DNA of 64,000 nucleotides from an uncultured Fibrobacterota bacterium (lineage in GTDB: Bacteria > Fibrobacterota > Chitinivibrionia > Chitinivibrionales > FEN-1185): positions 31,227 to 95,226 of the forward strand of contig CAVSQB010000036.1 of NCBI GenBank assembly GCA_963729895.1, read 5' to 3'. The notes beneath the pieces were generated by a model that saw only the letters and a program-made list of their open reading frames with translations, was not told the origin of the DNA and did not search any database. Positions 58,701 to 64,000 of the stretch are shown here, piece by piece; within the stretch, counting starts at the first letter, position 1; every line of letters begins with the position of its first letter. The position numbers were made by a program, and so were the translations under genes.

Positions 58701-61574
58701 TGGGATAAGTCGAATCGAAGAACATTCATCAATAGGATTGCCACCGGTGATTGGGATGCAGTCTTGATTCGAAACGAATCATTCAAAATGATTCCCATGA
58801 GCATTGAATACCAGACGAGTTTTTTTCAGGACAAAATTGCCGAATACAAGACCATTCTCGAAAACACGGACTCCTTGAACAAGAAGTCCCGGTCCGTCAA
58901 GGAGTTGGAGAAAACGGTTGAAAAGTACGAAAACAAAATCAAAGAACTCGGGGACATGCACAAGGATGAAGGTGTATTGCCTTTTGATAAACTCGGAGTA
59001 GACCACGTCTTTATTGATGAGGCAGATCTATTTAAGAATCTTGAGTATTACACGCAGCTTCAAAATGTCCGGGGACTTGGTACGCCAACAGGTAGTGAAC
59101 GTGCGATCGACATGCTCATGAAGGTCCGCCACATTCAGGAAAATGACGGCGGTGTGACCTTTGCAACCGGAACGCCCATTTCCAACACGCTCGTTGAAGC
59201 CTATACTATGCAGCGCTTCCTGCAGCCCGAGGCGCTCAAGGCAAACGGCCTTGAGGCCTTTGACGAATGGGCTCGGCAGTATGCGGAAACCGTCACACAG
59301 ATGGAGCTTAACAATACCGGAACAGGGTATACCCCGGTAACGAGATTTTCCAAAATCGTCAACGTTCCAGAGCTTGTTTCGAGTCTTCGCCAGACCTGGG
59401 ACATCCAGACCGCCAATACGCTTGAGAAAAACGGTATCCTCGTTCCGGGAATCAATCTCCCGAATAAGAAAATCATCAACGAGGCTGCGCCGGCGACTCC
59501 CCTTCTGCAGTCCTATCTCCGTCATCTCGAATATCGTGAAAAGAATCTTCACGGAAAGCCGGAGCAGGGAAAAGACAATGTCTTGTCAATCATGACCGAC
59601 GGCAGGAAAGCCGCGGTCGATATGCGCTTGATTAATCCCCATCTTCCAGATGATCCCAATTCCAAACTCAATATTGCCGTCAACAGAATCTACGAAATCT
59701 ATGATCGGACCAAGGCAGAAGGATACACATGCGCGGTATTCTTTGACAAATCGAGAAGTTTTTCAGGAGATACGCTTCTTTTTGACGGCGTAAGGGATAT
59801 GAAGGAAAAACTCCTCTCCATGGGAGTCAAACCGAGTGAACTCGGTGACGTGCGGCAATGCAAAACCTTTGAGGCCCGGCAGGAGCTTTTCAAAGCGGTC
59901 AATGAGGGGAAAGTTAGAGTCATATTCGGCAGCACCGAGACAATGGGTGCCGGCACGAATTTTCAGCAATACCTGAAGGCAATTATCCACGTCGATGCAC
60001 CGTGGAGGCCTCGAGACATCGAGCAGCAGAACGGCCGGGGCTATCGGCCGGGCAACAAGACCGGTGAGCTTGAAATCTATAACGAGGTTACGAAAGGCTC
60101 CCTCGATACCGGATTATGGCATGTTCTCGATACAAAGGCGACATCGATACGCCAGGTCATGGATGGAAGCGATAAGGCAACCAGGCAGATTGAAGAAAAC
60201 TACTATGGTTCAGTTAAGGAATTATCAATTGACAATCCCTTGATGAAAGAATCCGTTGAGCTGGACCATTCAATCAGGAAACTTCGGTCGCTCGAAAGAG
60301 CGCACAATGGAGAAACCGCGCATGCAACTCGAAAATTAAAATTGCTACCCGGTGAAATCTCCCTCAAAGAACAAAACATCCGATGGATCAGTGAAGACAT
60401 TTCCATGCGAAAACCGGAAGCCAAGGGCGAGGCCTTCAGCATAGTCATTGACGGTAATACAATCACAGATCGGAAAACGGCGGGTAATCTCATCAAGCAG
60501 GAAGCCGAACTCTTGATGAGAAAGTCAAAGGCGACCAAGACAGAGGTTACCAAGACTATCGGCGAATATTCCGGGTACAAACTTGTCGCCAGGGCTTCAG
60601 CCGGTTCACTGTTCTCTGATACAAATCTTTACGCAACCGCCGCTCACTTCCGATATGGTGTTGAAGTGCGAGGAGACTCAGACCCCGTCGGGCTTCTGCG
60701 CTCGTTTCACTCGCAGGTGTACAATGGCCCGGATAAATTGCTCTCGGAAACTGTTTTGCATGAAAAAGAACTCAAAGCAAGAATCCCGGAACTGGAAAAA
60801 CTTGCTGTAGCATCGTTTCCAAAGGCAGAAGAACTCTCTGTAAAAGAAAAACGATACACCGAAGTCATGGAGGCATTGAAAAAGGAATCTGAGGGTAAAG
60901 CAGCAGCCCCTGTTGTTCAGAACGATATTGATTGGGAAAAACTCAAATCAATGTCCCCGGACAATGTACGGGAGACGATTTCAGCTTTCCTGTCCCAAAA
61001 TTCCATTCAGAAAATTGAAGAAGAACCGATTAAGGAACCTCCGGAAGTTAAATCGGCATCCGACATTCATTCCTACATTTTGCAGAACTACCGGGTTGAT
61101 ATTTCTCCATCAATTATTTCCACAATCGAATCCGGTTTTAAGCAAGGTAATCTAACCCTGAATGACACTCTAAAATCCATTGAAAGAACCGTGGTTGATA
61201 CTAAGGAACATGGGTATTCCTGGAATCAGGTTGCCGGCGAAATCGCCCAGGAGGCGTTCAGTAAGGTCCCTGGGAAGCTTTCTTCCGGCGATTTTTTGAT
61301 TAAGCGAGGACTTGAGAACTCTGAGAATCCAGGATTTGAAGCGTATCGAATCATTGATTCATCAAATCAAAAATATCTTGGTACCGAACCTGAATTGCAA
61401 CCTCTTAAAGTAAGAGTAGAACAGTATGTCGTTTCTCTTGCTGTTAAGGAAAAGATTAGCGAGGTCTTAGCAATTTCAGCCACAAAAACGCCATCGGTTT
61501 CCGAAAGGGAGCCCGTGAAAACATTAAAAGGCAATGAACCAAAACCAGTTTATGAAAAGGGAATGGATATTTAA
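55725..61574 (+). CDS. DarB-like N6-DNA methyltransferase / SNF2 helicase fusion
   Basis: YTGWGG, AHYTS, MEPALGIG, SNVPF, AIRLPN; EYLSGNIREKL; HSVGAGKT, IDEAD, FATGTPISN, GAGTN and PWRPRDIEQQNGR motifs. Confidence 0.92.
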   Translation: MSDSIQLNLFGDILNEPEADPLIEEQNNELLGGSRKDPLEEISSKDVPEIPGPGNLGPGAGEGRPESSGHDGRIGGTGPQAERSARDRTAANNLPDPGIRPAGTLRNRHTDDKGNYHITADDHIGKGGKVAKFDDNLAAILLLKTLESEKRNANPQEQSILVRYTGWGGLSEVFKQNLEGTWQERQIRLKTALSDEEYRSASRSTINAHYTSPEVTRAVWDGACRLGYSGGPTMEPALGIGHFFGMRPSHLPVEMHGIELDSISGRIAQHLYQSADIKINGYENLRMEKGRYNLFISNVPFADVKPYEEKKNQTPGIDNRYSLHDFYFLKSLHGTRPGGLVAFITSRYTLDKENTEVRSKIAESADFVGAIRLPNNTFRQIADTEVVTDIVFLQKRLENQPMSELTKSFINTSELTLQPSDGSDPVSTPINKYFADHPEMVLGKNELAGTMYRGNEYTVSLPDQDLEPLLSKAVQNLPENIMSVMVDNRTFEIEAPSSPLSHVDQEKLVSGSFVIGQDDRLYQKSTETGKIELSSLYNKEDTNKDDINRIMQMVTIKDCLKGAIDHYYNNQNLEVHRELSRLNSLYDNFIQNSGFLNSRKNYSLLSPDPEVSLLCSLENWDTKAKTATKADIFQGISFVRKPHVTSVETPADAMVLSLSRYGNLNFQYMESLSNLDKDNLVSQLTSSGYIFQDPHEFLTNKRTAYLTSDEYLSGNIREKLIEAKTAAELEPTSFSRHVSSLQEIMPKDLSAEDISVRMNSPIIGEKHIEDFISELLDSQRIEVQHLSINGKWEISGRSWTTQNRETYGTPDMDAVKIINHIMNGKPVKVYDKTDDDKLVLNTEKTVLAEMKAEAINNAFHAWVWRDPARTNDIVNRYNEVYNSHVERKFTHPERLINPDAKIFFHGCNFPYPMRPHQADAVWRNIQENNVMLSHSVGAGKTLEMACSSMELRRLGLRAKPMIVCPDHLINQWAGEFRSAYPNAKLLVADDDNWDKSNRRTFINRIATGDWDAVLIRNESFKMIPMSIEYQTSFFQDKIAEYKTILENTDSLNKKSRSVKELEKTVEKYENKIKELGDMHKDEGVLPFDKLGVDHVFIDEADLFKNLEYYTQLQNVRGLGTPTGSERAIDMLMKVRHIQENDGGVTFATGTPISNTLVEAYTMQRFLQPEALKANGLEAFDEWARQYAETVTQMELNNTGTGYTPVTRFSKIVNVPELVSSLRQTWDIQTANTLEKNGILVPGINLPNKKIINEAAPATPLLQSYLRHLEYREKNLHGKPEQGKDNVLSIMTDGRKAAVDMRLINPHLPDDPNSKLNIAVNRIYEIYDRTKAEGYTCAVFFDKSRSFSGDTLLFDGVRDMKEKLLSMGVKPSELGDVRQCKTFEARQELFKAVNEGKVRVIFGSTETMGAGTNFQQYLKAIIHVDAPWRPRDIEQQNGRGYRPGNKTGELEIYNEVTKGSLDTGLWHVLDTKATSIRQVMDGSDKATRQIEENYYGSVKELSIDNPLMKESVELDHSIRKLRSLERAHNGETAHATRKLKLLPGEISLKEQNIRWISEDISMRKPEAKGEAFSIVIDGNTITDRKTAGNLIKQEAELLMRKSKATKTEVTKTIGEYSGYKLVARASAGSLFSDTNLYATAAHFRYGVEVRGDSDPVGLLRSFHSQVYNGPDKLLSETVLHEKELKARIPELEKLAVASFPKAEELSVKEKRYTEVMEALKKESEGKAAAPVVQNDIDWEKLKSMSPDNVRETISAFLSQNSIQKIEEEPIKEPPEVKSASDIHSYILQNYRVDISPSIISTIESGFKQGNLTLNDTLKSIERTVVDTKEHGYSWNQVAGEIAQEAFSKVPGKLSSGDFLIKRGLENSENPGFEAYRIIDSSNQKYLGTEPELQPLKVRVEQYVVSLAVKEKISEVLAISATKTPSVSEREPVKTLKGNEPKPVYEKGMDI
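55807..56079 (+). CDS. Small helical protein nested in the +1 frame of the methylase-helicase 5' end (TnpV-like?)
   Basis: Own GAGGAG Shine-Dalgarno (55794-55799); protein-like amphipathic sequence. Confidence 0.6.
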   Translation: MNYWAEVAKIHWKKYLPKMYQKYQDQGILDQELEKAGQKAADMMGELVEQGLRPNEVQEIVLPQIIYLTPESDQPELSETDTPTTKETII

Positions 61575-61593
61575 CATATTGGAGGCTCCAAAG

Positions 61594-61929
61594 ATGATTA
61601 CCGTAACAATATCCTCAGATCGAAATCCGTCCGAACAACGCCCACAACCGAAATTAAATGTGCAGGTGACTCTGGCATCTCAGATAATGAACATGCCCAA
61701 CATGACATTTCTGTTGAAATTTCCGGAATACGATGTGACACCGGTCGGATTGGATATCGTGTCACTCCCGGATAAGAGCGCGGCGTATATGGCACGGGAG
61801 GATATTCGGCTTAAGGTTGATACATCCGAAGCGTCCCCACTCCGGCCGCCTTTAGAGACCCCGGAACCGGTTAAGAAGGTAAACGATGGGGAGAAGAAAG
61901 AAGTGTTTGACGATCAATATTTATTGTAA
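61594..61929 (+). CDS. Hypothetical protein
   Basis: GGAGG Shine-Dalgarno before ATG 61594. Confidence 0.55.
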   Translation: MITVTISSDRNPSEQRPQPKLNVQVTLASQIMNMPNMTFLLKFPEYDVTPVGLDIVSLPDKSAAYMAREDIRLKVDTSEASPLRPPLETPEPVKKVNDGEKKEVFDDQYLL

Positions 61930-62108
61930 ATAATGAAATTGCGACTCCCGCAAGTCCGGCAGTAGCATTACTGCAACCATCCTGTCGATACGGCAAGTTC
62001 CCCTGATATTCTGTAAGTTCTTGATTATGTCCAAAGGTGGGCCGGGTATAATTTTTTCGGCACGGCGCTTGATTCGTTTCTCCGGTTTCACCCTCCGGAG
62101 AACATGTC

Positions 62109-63551
62109 ATGCCGCAAGCTGCAATTGCCTGCCGAACTTCCGCTGCGCCTGGACGCAAGGCAGCCCCACCCCGGAAGTTCTACCGCCCGCGCGACCATGA
62201 GACTTCGCCGTTCTTCAAGATTGTCCGTGACCGCTTTGACGATTTCGAGCGCGTGTACCCGGAACGTTATCAGCAGCGCTACGGCTACTGGCGACCGGTA
62301 ATCCGCTCGTCGATTGACAAGTTTTTGAGGTGCGGGGATTTGAAGGAAGGTTTCGCTCGCGTCAAGTGCAAGGACTGCGGGGAAGAGTTCTTCGTCGCGT
62401 TCTCCTGCAGACAACGCTCGTGTTGCCCATCATGCGACCAGAAGCGGGCGCTGTTGCTGGGCCATCGGCTCAAGGAAGAGGTGCTGGCCGAGGTTCCGCA
62501 TCTCCAATGGGTTTTTACCATACCAAAGCGGCTGCGGGTTTACTTTCGCTACGACCGGAAATTGCTTGGCAAGCTCTGCCGGGCGGCCTACGATACGGTC
62601 TGCGATGTCTACGCGCTGGAAATCGACGGTGACTGCGGTGTTCCCGCCATGATCGGCGCGGTGCAGACGTTCGGCGACCTCATCCACTGGCATTCGCATA
62701 TACACGCAATTGTGCCCGAGGGCGTGTTCACGGACACTGGACACTTCGTGCATATTCCCGACATATGGCGTCACCGAGCGGCGGACATCTGGCAGGAAAA
62801 GGTTTTCGATTTGCTTCTTGACGCCTGTAAGATCGATCCGGATGTTGCGGCAAACATGCGAGGCTGGAGGCATTCCGGGTTCAACGTTGACAACTCTGTC
62901 CGGATCGAGGCGGGAGACAACGCCGGAATGCAGCGATTAGTGGAGTACATTTCGCGTTGCCCGCTCAGCCTCGCCCGCATGGTCACGCTCAACGCCGACG
63001 GAAGGATAGTGTATCGCGCCTCAAAGGGGAAGTGCTTCCCGTTCCCACAAACGGGCGAGCCTGTTGCGCCGGAGCGCTGCGCCGCGCCAATCCAGACGCT
63101 CATGGAAGGCATTCCTCGGAACTTTGAGGTCTTTGAGCCACTTGACTTTCTGGCTGAAGTGACTCAGCATATTCCCAATAAGGGTGAGCATCAGATACGG
63201 TATTACGGGTGGTACTCAAATAAGAAGCGGGGAATGCAGGAGAAGAAGGGGAAGAGCGTTGCCGCGCCCGGACACAACGAACCGGACACGGCTTTCAGAC
63301 GGAAATGCCGCATGACCTGGGCGGCGCTGATTAAATGCGTGTACGAGGTTGATCCGCTGAAGTGTCCGAAGTGCGGGGGCCAAATGAAGATCATCTCGTT
63401 CATCGAGGAAGATATGGTGATCGAGAAGATTCTGAGGCATTGCGGTTTGTGGAAGGAACAGGCGCCGCGCCCGCCGCCGGAAGAGAAGCCGCCGCCTAAG
63501 GTCGAAGAGTCTACGCTCGATTACGGGTTCTTCGAGAGAGCAGTGTGCTGA
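62109..63551 (+). CDS. IS91-family rolling-circle (HUH) transposase with zinc-binding domains
   Basis: CGD...GFARVKC..C...VAFSC....CPSC, QWVFTIPK, QTFGD..HWHSHIH (HUH), HSGF, YISR, RYYGWYSN and DPLKCPKCG motifs. Confidence 0.92.
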   Translation: MPQAAIACRTSAAPGRKAAPPRKFYRPRDHETSPFFKIVRDRFDDFERVYPERYQQRYGYWRPVIRSSIDKFLRCGDLKEGFARVKCKDCGEEFFVAFSCRQRSCCPSCDQKRALLLGHRLKEEVLAEVPHLQWVFTIPKRLRVYFRYDRKLLGKLCRAAYDTVCDVYALEIDGDCGVPAMIGAVQTFGDLIHWHSHIHAIVPEGVFTDTGHFVHIPDIWRHRAADIWQEKVFDLLLDACKIDPDVAANMRGWRHSGFNVDNSVRIEAGDNAGMQRLVEYISRCPLSLARMVTLNADGRIVYRASKGKCFPFPQTGEPVAPERCAAPIQTLMEGIPRNFEVFEPLDFLAEVTQHIPNKGEHQIRYYGWYSNKKRGMQEKKGKSVAAPGHNEPDTAFRRKCRMTWAALIKCVYEVDPLKCPKCGGQMKIISFIEEDMVIEKILRHCGLWKEQAPRPPPEEKPPPKVEESTLDYGFFERAVC

Positions 63552-63732
63552 ATCCACCGAAATAGTTGTATCTGCGAATAAGCCCTTCCAAAGCGCTTTG
63601 CGCAAGCTACGTTTTTTCTTGCTTTTTGTCAGCAAATGCCCCTATATTATGCTTAAGCTTGCCGGTGAATAAGACGGGCGAAACGGTGAACGGGTCGGGA
63701 ATGTCGTCAACTGTCAAGGTAAGACCCTTGCC

Positions 63733-63798
63733 GCATTCCACCCTTTCGAAAAATCGAAATGCCTATCAGTGCATTCCACCCTTTCGAAAAATCGAAAT
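63733..63798 (+). repeat. 28-bp direct repeat at the downstream end of the IS91-like element
   Basis: GCATTCCACCCTTTCGAAAAATCGAAAT at 63733-63760 and 63771-63798. Confidence 0.95.
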
Positions 63799-63870
63799 TA
63801 ACGCCAACTTAAGCCGCCGGTAAGACTGCATACCGCAGTAGCCGGTCATGGCTTGAAGTTGTTGTTAGGC
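63796..63870 (-). other. Integron attC site
   Basis: Minus strand GCCTAAC...CAACTTCAAGCC...GGCTTAAGTTG..GTTAATT: R''/R' cores, stem with one extra base, 75 bp; the upstream frame stops inside R''. Confidence 0.85.
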
Positions 63871-64000
63871 ATGTCTTCGTATTTTTTGTTTTCTTTTCTT
63901 GTCTCTTGCCAATAAGATACGCTTCGGAGGATGGGTCCGTCCAGATTTTTCCGATAATCCCTTCATGGTCGCAAAACCGTGGTGACGCTCGTCACATTTT
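63865..64000 (-). CDS. 3' end of a probable integron cassette gene (starts beyond the window)
   Basis: One minus-strand frame is open from the window edge to GCC TAA within the attC R'' site. Confidence 0.45.
   Translation of the reverse strand, partial: KCDERHHGFATMKGLSEKSGRTHPPKRILLARDKKRKQKIRRHA

Noticed and set aside
62058..62073. Sigma-54-like promoter upstream of the IS91-like transposase (CGGCACG-N4-TTGA)
   Set aside because: The -12 GC dinucleotide is not conserved.
63733..63798. 28-bp repeat as a mini CRISPR array
   Set aside because: Only two copies with a 10-bp spacer and no cas genes.
1..64000. tRNA, rRNA, CRISPR-cas, integron integrase or mating-pair genes
   Set aside because: None recognisable in this window.

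Overview
Bacterial window in two parts. Positions 1-12.5 kb are GC-rich chromosomal DNA: sensor kinase, galE, S1-domain protein, 2-oxoacid:ferredoxin oxidoreductase alpha/beta, DedA, OmpA and HD-GYP genes. From about 12.6 kb onward is a lower-GC, heavily rearranged mobile region. It has backbone genes of a MOBF-type conjugative element (truncated coupling protein, TrwC-like relaxase-helicase, DarB-like methylase/SNF2 helicase), signalling cargo, a nested defence island and five IS elements (IS4 remnant, IS21 containing IS66, IS5, IS91-like). The strongest observation is that a 15.76-kb block (about 9.6 kb without its later ISs) carrying six defence-type genes sits inside a DUF4297 gene. It is inserted exactly at a G|TT triplet, has mutually complementary ends and ends in an attC-like hairpin, so it looks like a giant multi-gene integron-type cassette. 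Internally it is divided into two modules by repeated structured DNA elements. Removing it restores an Mre11-like / SMC-like / DUF4297 / HerA gene series. Other candidates are a GNAT-fold enzyme, two internally repeated paralogs and a multi-TM double-kinase in one operon (possible signal synthase-receptor), a nested overlapping gene, two homopolymer tracts each one base out of register, and a canonical attC next to the IS91-like element. All family assignments come from motifs read by eye; no searches were run.
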